Assembly (NCBI RefSeq): GCF_036971445.1
Contig: NC_091475.1
Span: 188,976,001 to 189,040,000, forward strand
DNA: 64,000 bases
Direction of reading: 5' to 3'
Source of the DNA: Narcine bancroftii
Taxonomy: Eukaryota
Positions 12,961 through 26,133 of the stretch are shown here, one piece after another (position 1 is the stretch's first letter; the number at the start of each line of letters is the position of its first letter). The notes below the pieces were generated by a model that was not told the DNA's origin, did no database searches, and saw only the letters and a list, made by a program, of their open reading frames with translations. Position numbers and translations under genes: made by a program.

Positions 12961-13483
12961 CCTGGAGCTGGTGCACACCAGCAACAAACCGAAGAGGCAG
13001 GCCACCGAAGGCTGCAGAGATTTTGCCTCCAGAAGCCCAGGACAATCACTGGACAATACCACCGGTTCTGGGGTGGGGTTGGGGGGTCATGTGGCAGCCT
13101 GCAGCCAAGACGATCAAGCTGGTGCTCTGGGCAGTGAGCACAACCAAAGGCCAGCAGCACTGGCCCCAACAAGTGAACCGACGGGTGAATGGCAAGTGCA
13201 GCTTAAAGGCCAGTGACCCCAAAATGGCACTGGCCTTGGTGCGCAGCCAACAGATAGGGACAGCATGTGGGGAAGAAAGGCATTGTATGCAGGAAAGTAA
13301 CCACATGCAGGAAACCTGCTTTTGTTATGCATGTTGTTACGTCAGCCAAGGGGGGGCCACGGTGGGAACAGTGCAAATATAAAAGTCAGGCCTGAGCCCT
13401 AATAAAACTCAGAGTTTAACCTGACTACACTATGTGTGTGTGTGTCTTGTTTCAAGTAGCGTGCAACTACACTGTTTTATTTA

Positions 13484-14286
13484 TCATATATTTTGGCTTA
13501 TAAGTCAACCAGCAGATAAGCTGGGTCCCCATTTTCAGCCTCATTTTAATGGTTTTATCATATATCGGACATATGAGTCGACCTCCAATCTTCTGCCTCC
13601 CAGCATCAACCCAAAATTTGTTACAACAACCCAATCACCAAGTAACAAAGTTTTAAATTAAGCAAGAAAGTTTAAAAAAAGTTTTTTAAAAATTTGCCTC
13701 TGGCCAGGAAGTTGCCAAATGGTGCTGGGACTAAGTCTTCAGCATCAGCTGCAGCTGGAGTCAGAGAACGGCGACTCCTTTCTCAACATTGGATATGGTG
13801 CTGTCCACATTGAAAAAGTCACCTTGCTACCCAAGTGTGATCGGTGCAGGAATCACAGCTACATGTCGGCTCCTGGGCAGGAGCGGCGTTCTTGGCTTTC
13901 CGGGCATGAGCGACGACCTCATTCTCTCTGCAGGAGCGGCAAAGTTTTCCCAAGCAGAAGTGGCTACTTGTTTTCCTGGTAGGAGCCGGAACCTTGGCCT
14001 ACTGGGCAGGAGTGACGATCTGGATAGAAGCAGTGACCTTGGGCTCCACAATTGTAGAATGTCTAGGTAGGTTATGGTGGTACCCAGCGTTGGAGAGGTG
14101 TCAGGGAGTGACAGCGCTGGTGGTGAGGAGGTGATTCCAGGGTTGTCTTATGCTATGTCGAGCAGTTTTTAAAAATTTGAATTTAAGGTCTCAAAAGTAT
14201 ATCTGGAGTATAAGTTAACTTCTCTCCCCCCCCCCCCACCAATTTTTGAGGGTTTCAAGTCTCGACTTGTACATCAAAATATATGG
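13484..14286. mobile_element. pogo/Tc2-like MITE, ~800 bp
   Basis: Degenerate TIRs tcatatattttggcttataagtc / gacttgtacatcaaaatatatgg (18/23) flanked by TA; GC-rich degenerate tandem core (ctgggcaggagcggcg-like units) at ~13860-14045. Confidence 0.7.
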
Positions 14287-14899
14287 TAATAATGTTTTAA
14301 GTGGGATTTTCTTTATTTTTGAAGATAATGTCTGTACTTAAATATATACAGTCCAGAAACCTTTTCTCCTCTGTTTTTTTTAAAATGGCATTATTTCAAT
14401 AAAATTTGCTACTTAATTACTTTCGAAAAGGAAATAAAAAAGGAATAAATGCATTTCCACAATTCCAATTATATATATTTTCTGTAATTCTGCTTGATAT
14501 CCAATGTGTGTGTTCATGCATCTGCCATAATCTTTGGCATGACATATTTTTCCTAATATAGTCAAACTTATACATAGAGAACACTAGAGGTGAGTGGAAC
14601 ATAATTTTTTAATTTAAACAGTAGCAGAATCTTTCTACAAGTCTTCAAATATTGACATAAGAACAGTGATCATTGACTTTGGTAAATACTACATTAGCAA
14701 TTGCTGCAGAGTTTCTCATTGATCTAAACCAACCACAAGCTAAGTGTACTGAATCTTGTCTTATGCTTAATTACAGAATAGACTTCACAGCATTGGCCAT
14801 GACAAAGAAGCAGCTGTTAAATAAAAGACAATTTTCACTCTATTTCGGGACTAAGACTTTCTACCATGTAAGAGGTTGGCCCACAATGTCACAGTGAAT

Positions 14900-15310
14900 G
14901 ACAATTTCTCAATCAGGCAAACACTGATGGAAGGTTTGTAGAGGTGCTCCCCAAGGATCAATAGGAATCACTGCTTATACGTCAATGTCGCAAATCATGA
15001 ATGGTTGCATTAATATGGATAAAGAGAAATTGTTTCCACTCGCAGAAGGGTTATGGATCAGTAGACACAGAGTTAAGCAGATTGGCAAATGTAAAAGATT
15101 TATCCAACAGCAAATAATTTGGCATTCACAGAACTGAAAGTAGTGAACACATCCAGATTCTAAGGAAATTGGTTAAACACTGATAGAGAAGAATTTGCAG
15201 GGCCAAAGGGAGCTAGCTGGGGAATGGGGCTGTAGTTTGATTTTGTAAGGCCTGATGTTGGTTCAGTGGCAGAATTCTTGCTGTCTTGTGTGTTATAATG
15301 ATTTCACGAT
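14900..15310 (+). mobile_element. Highly decayed CR1 fragment
   Basis: ggtgctccccaaggatca (GVPQGS-like) and atggataaagagaaattgtttccact...gacacagagttaag CR1 3' motifs. Confidence 0.55.
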
Positions 15311-15384
15311 TTTACAAGCCTTTGGCTGTAGGTTTAATACTAATTGGAATTCTGTAACTCTTGGAGAAAAAAATGCCCTGGCTC

Positions 15385-16238
15385 AGATTTTAGATTTATT
15401 GTCAAGGTACATACATGACATCACATATAACCCTGAGATTCCTTTATCCTGTGGGCACATCAGAGTTACCACTCATTGTTAGTGCAAAAAATTAACTGTA
15501 CACAGTGTAAACATGTAAACAAATAAAAGAACTGCAAACAGATAACAAATGTAAACAAACTGACCATGCAATACAGAGAGAACAAAAGAAAATCAATAAA
15601 GTGCACAAGTAAGTGTTCTTAAATGAGTCTCTGAGTGAGTTTATTAATGAAGAGTCTGATAGTAGAGGGGTAGCAGCTGTTCCTGAACCTGGTGGTGTGA
15701 GTCTTGTGGCATCTAGACCTCTTTCCTGATGGCAGCAGCAAGAACAGAGCATGTGCTGAGTGGTGAGGGTCTTTGAAGATTGCTGCTGCCCTCTGACGGC
15801 AGCGTTCCCTGTAGATGTACTCGATAGTGGGGAGGGTTGTGTTCTGAGCTATGTCCATTATCTTTTGGACGGTTTTACACTCAGGGGCATTGACGTTGCT
15901 GTACCAGATTGTGATGCAGATAGTCAGCGCACTTTCCACTGCACCTCTGTATAAATTAGCCAGAGTTTCTGGTGTCGTACCAAACCTCCGCAAACTCCTG
16001 AAGAAGTAGAGGCGCTAACGTGCTTTCTTCGCGATGCCATTGGCGGGTTGGGTTCGGGAAAGATCCTCCGAGATCGTGACTTGCAAGAACCTAATTTGCT
16101 CGCCCTCTCCTCCTCTGATCGCCGAATGATCACTGGATTGTATATCTTTGGCTCTCCTTTCCTGAAGTCCTTAGTTTTGGTGACATTGAGTGCAAGATTG
16201 TTGTTGGTGCCCCATTCAGCCAGGTTTTCAATCTCCAC
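15385..16238 (-). mobile_element. Rex1/Babar LINE 3' portion
   Basis: EIENLAEWGTNNNLALNVTKTK; MRRFGTTPETLANLYRGAVESALTICITIWY...HHSAHALFLLLPSGKRSR...FRNSCYPSTIR; 3' UTR with aataaa. Confidence 0.9.
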
Positions 16239-16549
16239 TGTTAATGTGGGGCAGTTCCACAGTTCCATTGCTGTTTGAACAAGTCCAAAGATCAAATTTG
16301 AAGTTTGTGAAAAAGAACCTTCAGAGATGAGATATCATAATATATTTGCTATTTATTGCCTTAAAAATTCATGTACAACCAAATGCCATACTGCAGGCTG
16401 AGGCAAAACAAATTAAAAGACTACAAAAAGAACCCAAGAGGGAGTCAAAGCCCACAAAATTTCTTGCATTTCCCAAAGGACAATGTCTCCTCTAGATCCT
16501 GTGTTGTTTTGGCCTTTTCTTGCCCATGTATGAGGTCCAACTGCCTGGA

Positions 16550-17680
16550 AAAAAAATGGCACCGCATGAGGATGCAGCGGCCAATTTGGCTCTGTACAAC
16601 AGTAGAAGCCCCTACAGGTATTATCTACAATCGGGGAAGAATAGCGAAAAAAATTTTAAAACTACCTTGAATCTTCAAACTGGTGGATTGGATTTGTAAG
16701 TTAGTGACCGGCCGGCTTTAACTTACTGAAGAAAGCGAACCAGACTGTAGTGAATTACAGAACGAATTGCTGGACAAGTGAGGGAGGCCGTCAGGAGCAC
16801 TGTGCCAGTGGTGGGCTGGTCTTTGAGTTAGACTGAGAGTCAACCCGTTTAGACCCATGCTCCCAACAATCTTACTCATAAATGTAAAATCATTAGAGAA
16901 GAAAATTGATTGCCTGACACCGCATCTGAACCAGAGAGAACTGCAGGGATGCTATGCTCTGGTAATCTCAGAAACATAACTCTAGGATTCAATTTCAGAT
17001 TTAGCAATCCAGCAATATGGCCTTATCCTCTTCAAGGCAGACAGAGGTGGTGCTGCTTCTGGCAAGACACAAGGAGAGGATCTGTGCATTCACATCAGTG
17101 GAAATTGTATAAAATTGTCTCTATTGTAAAGACCTTCTACTCAGCAGAGGTAGGGTTCCTGATGGTGAAATGCAGGGAATTCACTGCCTTACTGATTGCC
17201 ACAGTTTACTTTCTGCCATCAGCAAATGAGTGTAAAGCAATGAAGTAACTTTATTGTGCCATCTGTGAAGCCCAAGCATTCACCCTGATTCTTGCGTGAT
17301 TGTGGCGAGCGACTTCAACCTGCCGATCTGAAAACTGATCTACCACCAGCATTTTAACTTTGCCACCAGAGGACAGAACGTCCTACTTTGAGTGAACACC
17401 AATGTCTCTGATGCGTACAAGGCTGCCTCCTAACCTGCCTACATACCCCTGAATAGAGACTCCTGGCAAAGCGAACAAAGCCAGTTTGCAGGGAGATTGA
17501 GACGTGACAGTGGTGGGTGGAGGGGTGAACACAGCAGCACTACTGGACTGCTTTGAGACCACAGTCTGGAGCTCCTTCAGGGCGGCAGCAAACACTACAA
17601 TGGCTATGTAAACATAGATGAGTACGAGCTTAGAGATTGGATACATTAGCAAGTGCAATAAGGAAATCACGGAAATTAAA
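16550..17680 (+). mobile_element. Rex1/Babar LINE 5' region with APE endonuclease remnant
   Basis: LPTILLINVKSLEKKIDCL...LVISET, EVGFLMVKCREFTALLIATVYFLPSAN, VIVASDFN motifs, decayed. Confidence 0.75.
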
Positions 17681-17684
17681 TGTG

Positions 17685-18312
17685 ACTGTTAGGAGAGGGA
17701 AGGGGGTTAGGCAGTCAGTGCAGAGCTGTTCACCTCAACCATAAGTATAATCGTTTGGATATTGTTGGGGAGATGATCTACCAGGGATGCCATAGTGGTC
17801 AGGTCTTTGACACAAGTCTGGCCTTTTGGCTGAAAAGGGAAGGGGGAGAAGAGGAAAGCTAGAGTGATTGGGGATTTGATAGTTAGGTGAATAGATGGGA
17901 AGTTCTGAGAACAAAATCAAGACGATGGTACATTGCCTCCCAGATGCAAGGGTCAGGTTCATCTCAGATTGCGTTCACAGCATTCTGAAGCAGGAGAGGG
18001 AGAAGCCAGCTGTCGTGGTCCATGTTGGTACCAATGACGTAGATAGGAGAAAATATGAGATCCTGAAGAGGGACTATAGGGAGTTAAGAAGGAAGATGAA
18101 AAGCAGGACGTCAAGAGTGGTAATCTCAGTTATGCTGTCTATGACATGCAGCAAAGAAGGTAGGAATAGGAAGTTGTGGCTGAAGAGTTGTTGCAGGAGA
18201 CAGGGGTTCAAATTTGTAGATCAGTGGGATCTCTTCTGGGGCCTGCACAAAAAGGATGTGCTACACCTGTACTGGAGAGGGACCAATATCCAGGTTTGCT
18301 GGAGCTGTTAGG
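17685..18312 (+). pseudogene. CR1 ORF1 SGNH/GDSL esterase domain remnant
   Basis: ORF 17895-18311: VHCLPDARV...VVVHVGTNDV...SRTSRVVIS...KKDVLHL (DGLHL-like), with an upstream VIGD(S)-like block. Confidence 0.85.
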
Positions 18313-18317
18313 GAGAG

Positions 18318-18775
18318 CACTGGATTGTCAATCCACAGGACCTTAACATCAGCAGAGAGAATCACTGAGGTGTTCCTACACCACCCCCCCAAACACCCCC
18401 CCCCCCCATCAATATGATTTACTGGGATCATTGTTTAAAGAGGGCTCCTAAAATCAGCAAGAACCTTTACCACCCCGCACACAGCATCTTCCAGCTATTC
18501 TAGTCAGGAAACAGATACAGAAGGCATTTGCGCCAGAAACTCCAGGCTGAGGAACAGTTTCTTCCTGCGAACAGTGAGATTGCTGAGTGACTGAACATCT
18601 GTTAAAACTACTCTCTGAGACTCCACTATTTATTAATAATATTTTTTAAATATACGTGGACTTGTACTGTACTTGTATGTATGTTTGTTATGTCTATATA
18701 CATGCTTGCACTGTTTTGCACAACAGACCAAAGAAAGCTGCTTTGTCATATGATAAATAACCTTGAACTTGAAAT
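18318..18775 (+). mobile_element. Rex1/Babar LINE 3' end
   Basis: HPAHSIFQLF.SGNRYR..RLRNSFF motifs homologous to 3440-3610; tail gataaataaccttgaacttgaa. Confidence 0.75.
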
Positions 18776-18904
18776 TCCCTGAGAGTATTATCAAGGAAGC
18801 ACGTTAATTAAAATCTAATTATGGAGGAAAACATATTTGCATCAACAGTAATAGCAACAATGGCAATTTAATTAGTATGAGATGTTAAGGCACAACCTAA
18901 ATGC

Positions 18905-19925
18905 ATCGATCGCAGCTCGGCCTTCAATACCATTATTCCCTCAGTGCTGGTCAAGAAGCTACAAGCTCTCGGCCTCTGTAACTGGATCCTTGACTTTCTG
19001 ATAGTCAGTATGAGTTAGAAACAACGTCTACTCCACACTAATTATTAACACAGGCACACACCTAAGGATGTCTGCTTAGCCCACTGCTCTCCTCATAATA
19101 CACCCATGACTGGGTGACCAGCCACAATTCCAATGCTATCTGTAAGTTTGCCGGCAGAATCACAAATGGCAATGAGAAAGTGTATAGGAGGAAAATAGAT
19201 CAGCTTGTTGAATGGTGTAGCGACAACAACCTGGTGCTCAACATCTGCAAAACCAAGGAGATGATTGTGGACTTTAGGATAAAGTCGGGGGAACAAAACC
19301 CAGTCCTCATCAAGGGCTCAATAGTGGAAGGTTTAAGAACTTCAAATTCCTGAGTGTCAACATCTCTGAGGATCTGTACTTGATCCTCCATGTTGATGAA
19401 ATCACAAAGAAGGCTCGCTGGCAGCTATACTTTGTAAGGTGTCAGAGGAGATATGGTATGTCATCGAAAACTCTCAAAAACATCTACAGGTGTACTGTGG
19501 AGAGCATTCTGCCTGGTTGCATCACTGCCTGCTATGGTGGCGCCTACACTCAGGACAAGAATAAACTACTGAGGGTTGTTGGCACCAGACTTCACTCCAT
19601 CGAGGATATCTACAAGAAGTGGTGTTTTAAAAAAGCAGCCTGCGTCCTCAAAGTACCCCACCACCCAGGCCATGCCTTCTTCACTCTGCTTCCATCGGGA
19701 AAAAGGAACAGGAGCCTAAAGATGCAATGGCACAAAGACAGGTTCTTCCTCGCTGCAATCAGATTCCTGAATAATCAATGAACCAAAGATGCTGTCTTAC
19801 TTTTTGAGCAATTATTTTTTTTTATTTATAGTAATGTCGTAAGATGGTTTAATATGAATGTTCACACTACGATGCTGCCCCAAAACACCGAATTTCATGA
19901 CTTGTTTATGACAATAAATTCTGTT
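18905..19925 (+). mobile_element. Rex1/Babar LINE RT to 3' end
   Basis: [70 protein letters not shown]; tail acaataaattctg. Confidence 0.9.
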
Positions 19926-20257
19926 TCATTTTTTGTCATCTACATATAATGTGGATTTGGAAAGAACATTGTTAGTTTTACTTATTCCAACATATTTTAC
20001 AAATCCCAAAACTAAGCACATAACACAGACCAATATTTCATTGCTGCCTTGAGGTGATACACATTCAAGTTAATGCAATAGATCCCATGGACCTACTTTA
20101 AGCATCATCCTTCATTCAAAACCTGAAGCAAATGAATCAATGTTCTTTCCTATTTGTGGGACTTTACCATGTGGGTTGGCAGACTTCTTGTATCATAAGA
20201 TTTCAAAAGTACATAATTGGTTGCAAAATGAAATGATGTTGAAATGTAACATAAAAG

Positions 20258-20738
20258 TTTGTAGTAAAACACACACAGAAAGTTGGAGGAACCCAACCGG
20301 TCTCACAGCATCCATATGAGGTAATGATATATTACCAACATTTCGGGCCTAAGCCCTTCTTCAAGGAATAACCAAAGAACAGGAAGGCAAACAATAAAGA
20401 CTGGAGACTGGCTGGGGGAGGAGTCCAGACCAACAAAATATGTTAATGGGTTGTGATAAGAGGAGGGTAAGAATGGATTTTGGCATTGTGAAAGGAGAGA
20501 GAGAGAGAAAAGGAGAGAGGGGGAGAGAGAGAGAGAGAGAGAGCAGGGAAGGGTGATAGGTGTAAGAATGGGTGGAGTTGAACAGAAATCAGAGAAGTCG
20601 GTGTTAATGCCATCCGGTTGGAGGGTACCCAGATGGAAGATGAGGTGTTGATGTTGTAGATGAGACAGGCATCACATTAATGAGTTCCTCTAGCATTTTT
20701 ACCACAATCACAGCTTCTGCAGCTTATCATGTTTCTCT
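20258..20738. mobile_element. Penelope-like fragment with inverted short arm and (GA)n tract
   Basis: Minus arm with tttcgggcctaagcccttcttcaagg and the GIY-YIG C-terminal tail (HLIFHLGTLQPDGIN on the reverse strand); plus arm gagttcctctagcattttt...ttctgcagc at ~20680-20738. Confidence 0.7.
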
Positions 20739-21577
20739 CATATATATGAAACCGTAAAGGTTAGAAAAATATTGACGAAATGCAGACAAATGGGAGTACT
20801 CTAGAATAGCAACTTGGTCAGCATGGCTGGACGGCTCGTTATGTGCTGTATGACTCTATGACTAATTTAAAAAATAGCCATTTAATGAAAGCAATGGGAG
20901 TATACCCAAGTTAAAAAAGGGTGAGAAAAACTTTGGTTATAATAGAGAAAAGATAACAAGTTGATACTCCTCCAATCAGAATGCATGGTCAGTTCGTTTT
21001 TTGTGGGAAACATCATATAGAAATAATATAAATATAAAGTCATGCAATTGTATTAGATGTATATTTCATAACAGTCTGCCTTTTTATACAAGGTCCATAT
21101 CCAGTAAAACTGGGAAACTAATAATGCATGTAAGAGTTCACAAAGAAACCCATGAGACCTCCTAGCATTGTAATTATAGTGTATATAATCTCTCTAGACT
21201 ATGGGATGATGTTAGCATTTTCAATATATGTAAGGATGCTCCCTTAATACACCAAGATAATTCAAATATAAAAAGTCATGCCTTAAGATTGAAGAACACA
21301 ATTATAATTTCTTGAACAAGGGAATGCAGAACCGATAATTCAGCAAATTTAACAGAAGACAATCAACGCTATTACGAGAGCTAATTCAGTTTTAAAAGGG
21401 AAAGGACATGGATGTACAGAAAATTTTAAGAAATAATTACTGAATGAGAATATTGTAGTCTTTCACCCCAATTTCCATGGGAAGGGTTTAAGACTAGTAA
21501 TAAATTCAAATGGGGTTTATACCACTAAACAACAAATTTTAATATCCAATACTTATTGAGCGCTTTGTGCCTGCTAT

Positions 21578-21860
21578 CGTTTTATTTTTTTATTTTTCAC
21601 ACTATGAACCATATTGACCAAAATACACATAAACATTTCCCTCTTGAATATACAGTGTCATTTTCTCCCCCCCTCCCTCTTTCCCAACCCCCTCCCTACC
21701 CACTAAATGTTCAACATATTAAACAATGTCATCACACAATGAAAATAAACAAGAAAATTGTGTCATCTACTTTTACACACTGGATCAGTTCATTTTGTTT
21801 TCTTCTCATTCTGTCATTTTAGATGGTGGAAGTCCACGGTAGGTCCTCTCTGTCGTTTCA
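21578..21860 (-). mobile_element. Probable L1-type 3' UTR fragment
   Basis: Begins with a poly-T and tttatt (reverse polyA signal and tail), followed by a C-rich tract as in L1 3' UTRs. Confidence 0.5.
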
Positions 21861-23521
21861 TTTTTGATGGCATGGTGAACATTCTAAGTTCATCACCTGG
21901 TAATCCTACATTTGGCAGTCTAAATTCAGGAAAATCCATGGAAGATTACCCTCCAAAACTAGAGACCATGAGAAGTGAAAACTGATAACACAATTGCCCT
22001 TGGACCAGTAATCAGTGCAGCAGAATCCTCAGTTTTTCACTCATTACAGAAGCAAAGGAGAAAGTTCCCAAAGAACTTGTTTGCTTTTAATTGGAAACTC
22101 CTGTGCAATGAAATAGGGATGAGAAGATAACGGACTCTCAGGAGATAAAGCAACAAGTAAAAGAAATAAACCCAGTTAAAAAAAGAAAAACAAAACTGAA
22201 GATAAATTGCAGCAATTCATTTCAATGAAAGGAATTCAGAGTCCCGATGACAGTTATACAAAATGCATGTGCATTAACTGAAAATTTAGTCATTTACATC
22301 AAGACAACCAAGGGATTTTACAGACAGGGAAATTATCCAATCGTTCATGCCCTACTTGGGATTTTTGCTGCCACTATTTGAAACTAACTGGGTTTTAATA
22401 GTACCAGGAATCTGCATAGGTTATTTATAGGAGAACCTTTCTTATCATGCAGTAGGATTATGCATTATGCATAACTAATTTATATTGGGATTGTATAATG
22501 TCACTTCTCCCCAACACTGTTTACATTATTTTTAGGTAACATGTGGTGAATAGTTATTTTTATGCAATGTTGTTCAAATAGAAACAGTTAACTGTTTTTT
22601 TTTTGCTGCAGCTACAATAAACCTTATTTTAGTCATATAATTTTTCTGTAAAAAGTATTTTCCACATAAAGATTTGAAAACTGTTCTTTTCAACATATTT
22701 TACCATTAACTATATAAAGTTATACACGTGGAAATTTTCTTTGCTTATTAATTATATTATCTAGAAATAGAAATCTAATAAACCCAATCTGTTCTGTGTT
22801 CGTAATTATTAATTTGGCTGATAGTCAACCCAAATCTTCTGAAACTACTAAGAATGAAGAATTCAAGATGAGATGTATAAAGGACAATTAAAAATGGATG
22901 GGTCGGAAACATTAGGGTGGTTTTAGCACAGTGAACTGGTTTAGTCAGCCGAAGTAAGAAGAACTCTTATCCATTGATTGAAAAGTGATTTGTTACCCTT
23001 AAACAAAGTACAATATTGCATCCAAGGACCCTCTGGGTTAAGAAATTATTTTGATCCAATATTATCCACTCATTAAACATTTATTTATAAAAAATAGCAT
23101 GAGATTTGGGTTTTAGTGAGACAGTTGAAACAAACCTAAATAAGAAGTAGGGGCACTCAAAAGTTATGCCATTTGGTTTTAATTGATTAAAGAACCAGAA
23201 GAATTAAACATTAAGTCTCCAACAAGATTAAAGGACAGAAAGTCATTCTATGGTTGTTATTAAAAAAAAGCTGGATCTCAGTTGCTACAATAGGTACTTA
23301 TACTTTGGACTTTTAAGTTAATATTTAAAACTAGCCAAAGATGATTAAGCATTTTACAGAACACCATCCCTTTGTTACCATTTCCATGAAAATTCCATCT
23401 GTTTGGTCCTACAAGTCACCCTTCAATTGAGGAGTTTACTCTCTGAGATTGATTCACAAGATTTTTTGCTCAATTTCTTTCATTATTATGGAATATACGA
23501 GTGGTCACGGTGCTTAATTAC

Positions 23522-23642
23522 CTTCATTGGGAGACCATGTCGAACAGAGCCCATGATGGTGCAAATTACCAATGTTTCATTAAGAGAAGCATTTGAACGC
23601 CCTTCGTGCTTTCTCGATCTCATAATAAGCAGAAAATGTTTC
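23522..23642 (-). CDS. Candidate internal exon (121 nt) of an unidentified host gene
   Basis: Acceptor ttttaattgaattttgctttgggatag|G, donor AAG|gtaatt, a single open frame (R)KHFLLIMRSRKHEGRSNASLNETLVICTIMGSVRHGLPMK, CpGs retained within non-repeat AT-rich DNA. Confidence 0.4.
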
Positions 23643-23796
23643 CTATCCCAAAGCAAAATTCAATTAAAATTCTATCAATGTGATGCAATGCAGGACTTTT
23701 GATTGCTAATTGCTCAGTATACTTTACTGTGAACAAGGTCAATTTAATATTTGGATGGGCAGTGCATGACTGAAAGCACAAAAGTGATAATTGTGT

Positions 23797-24036
23797 TAAA
23801 CAGGAAAGTCTGCAGATGCTGTGACTGTAGTGGAATACACAAAATTGCTGGAGAAATTGAGCAGGACCCACAGAATCTACAGGAAGTAAATGATAAACAA
23901 TGTTTTGGGCCAGAGTCCTTGGTCAAGGTACGAGCAAAAATCAGGCAGGGCCCGAATAAAACTGTGGCGTGTTGAAGGGGGAGGGAAGAGAGAGGAGAGT
24001 AGGGAAGGTCAGAGGGGGAGGAGGACATGCAAGCAG
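23797..24036 (-). mobile_element. Penelope-like pLTR fragment, continued at ~28520-28720 after nested insertions
   Basis: Same family as 8375-8520; the purine-rich continuation (gctcagaagtgatagg...) resumes after 28520. Confidence 0.65.
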
Positions 24037-26133
24037 TAAGCCTTTTCACACCACATTGTAAAATGGAGATTCCCTGTAAATTTTCCCAGGAACTCTCCCA
24101 TAAACCTGCAGTGTGGAAAAAGTCGGCCCGGGAATTTTAAAAGGGCCACGGACCCGGGAAATGTTCCCAGACCACCCTCTCCCTGTGGTGTGAAGAGCCA
24201 AATGGCCAAGCAGGGAAGGCTCGTGACGTCAGCACCTGCATGCAGTGTCACGAAGGCAATTAAAATTAAAAGGTACTTACCGCCTGACAACTTCGAAATG
24301 TCACAACAGCAGGATAAATGGCCGTCCTCATTAACCATAATCCCTCACGCAGCTGTATTTTCTAGAGTGGTTCCAGCTGCGTGAGGAGTTATGGGAAACG
24401 AAGTTGTGGTGATACAACCACAGCACTGGGCCGCGTACTCACCAGCCTACTACAGGGGGCGACCTCAGGTAGACAACCTGGGAGGCAGACTCCACCTGGT
24501 CATCTGTCAATCACCGACTTGTATGAGGACTTGAGCCAGCCCTTCCTGAGCCAGTCACACACACATGGAGCCCTTGAGATACTACAATTGATGTACAGAG
24601 TTTAAATGGATTAAAGCCTGTAGGACAGTCTTTCCTATGTTTTGTGTCTGCTTGCTCACCACAGTGCACCACAATAAGCCGGACCTCGGGTCACTGTGGA
24701 TGAAGGCTGGGTATATGAACATGGTAAAAATCTGCGTCAGTACCCTGATAACTGTGGCAGTGGAGGTGTCAGGGCAAAGGATGGCGAAAGGAAAATGGGA
24801 GAATATGTCTCTGACTGAGAGGAAATAGACGTTCTTGTAAGTGGAAGGCAGAAGGCCCTTAAAGTCAACGCTGAGCCACTTTAAGGGCCAAATGGCCTTG
24901 ATGGCATGGGTCTGTGGAAAAAGCGTGGTTTGCACTCTGCACGGACCCTGCATGACTTGGTAATGGTCCAGACTTGGACTGTGAAGCGAAGGTTCCGAGA
25001 CTTAATGAAATAGTACAGGTGCGTGATGCCTGAGTGGCAAAGGGTGTCGTGCAGCGCCTGCTGTTGGTTGGAATGCATGCAAGCGCAGGTCCGGGACAGT
25101 CGAAGGGGGAGTCATTGAACTTCCCCGGTCTACACTGGATGTTGTAACTGAACGTGGCTAGCTCGACTCTCCAGCGCAAGATCTTGTCGTTCTCGATCTT
25201 CCCTCTGTGGGTAGTGATGAGCATGAATGCCATGGCCCACTGGTCTGTGAGAAGGGTGAACCTTCTGCCGGCCAGGTAGTGGCGCCAGTGGCAGACTGCT
25301 TCCACGATCGCCTGGGCCTCCTTTTCAAAGGCGGAGTGCCTGAGCTCTGAACTGTGGAGGGTCCAGGAGAAGAAGGCCATAGGTCTGCCCCTTTGGTTGA
25401 GGGTGACCGCAAGGGCAACATCAGAGGCCTCGCACTCCACCTGCAATGGGGTGGTCTCGTCCATGGCATACATCGTGGCATCAGCGATGTCCTGCCTGAT
25501 GTGAGTGAAGGCCGCCTGCACCTCGGGGGGAAGGGGAAAGATGGTGGCTTGGGCCAGTGGACGGACCTTGTCCGAGAAGCGGGGGACCCACTGAGAGTAG
25601 TAAGAGAAGAGCCCTAGGCACCTGCAGAGGGACTTGAGCAGGTGAGGGAGGGGCAGTTCCATTAGGGGTGCATGTGTTCGGGGTCGGGACAAATGACACC
25701 ATGCTCCACAATGTACCCCAGGATGGAGAGGCGTTAGTGCTGAACACGCACTTCTCTTTGTTGTAAGTGAGGTTCAGCTCCTCAGCCATTCGGTGGAATC
25801 TCTCCAGGTTGGTATCGTGGTCCTGTTGATCATGGCCGCAGATAATGATATTGTCCAGGTATGGGAAGGTCGCTCTTAGATTGTGCCGGTCTACCATGAA
25901 GTCCATCTCGCGCTGGAACATGGAGACCCCATTTGTAACCTCAAAGAGAACCTGATGGGACTGGTAGAGGTGTCCGTCTGCCTCAAAAGCAGTAGATTTA
26001 TTCCGGGTGTGGATGGGGAGCTAGTGGTAGGCCGACTTCAGGTCAATTGTGGAGAAGACTTTATAATGGGCTATCTTGTTCACCATGTTGGCTATTCAGG
26101 GTAGGGGGTAGGCATCTAGCTGGGTGTACCGGT

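Larger units (their letters stand above)
10614..13471 (+). mobile_element. Internally deleted, chimeric Gypsy LTR retrotransposon
   Basis: 5' LTR 10614-10991 and 3' LTR 13090-13471 (TG..CA), 4-bp TSD CTGT (10610-13, 13472-75), PBS 10994-11007, G-rich PPT before 13090; gag start LKLLTFWMNQPRVWFDQAEAQF and integrase HVDIVGPLP..FTMVDCFTKWPE..HITSDRGAQFTS. Confidence 0.95.

Noticed and set aside
17895-18311. SGNH esterase as a captured enzyme gene
   Set aside because: An esterase domain is the normal ORF1 component of many CR1 LINEs; this copy is truncated and the N-terminal catalytic block is disrupted.
24865-25692. Longest ORF (275 aa) as a host gene
   Set aside because: It is the Gypsy RT connection/RNase H region, frameshifted relative to RT and integrase.
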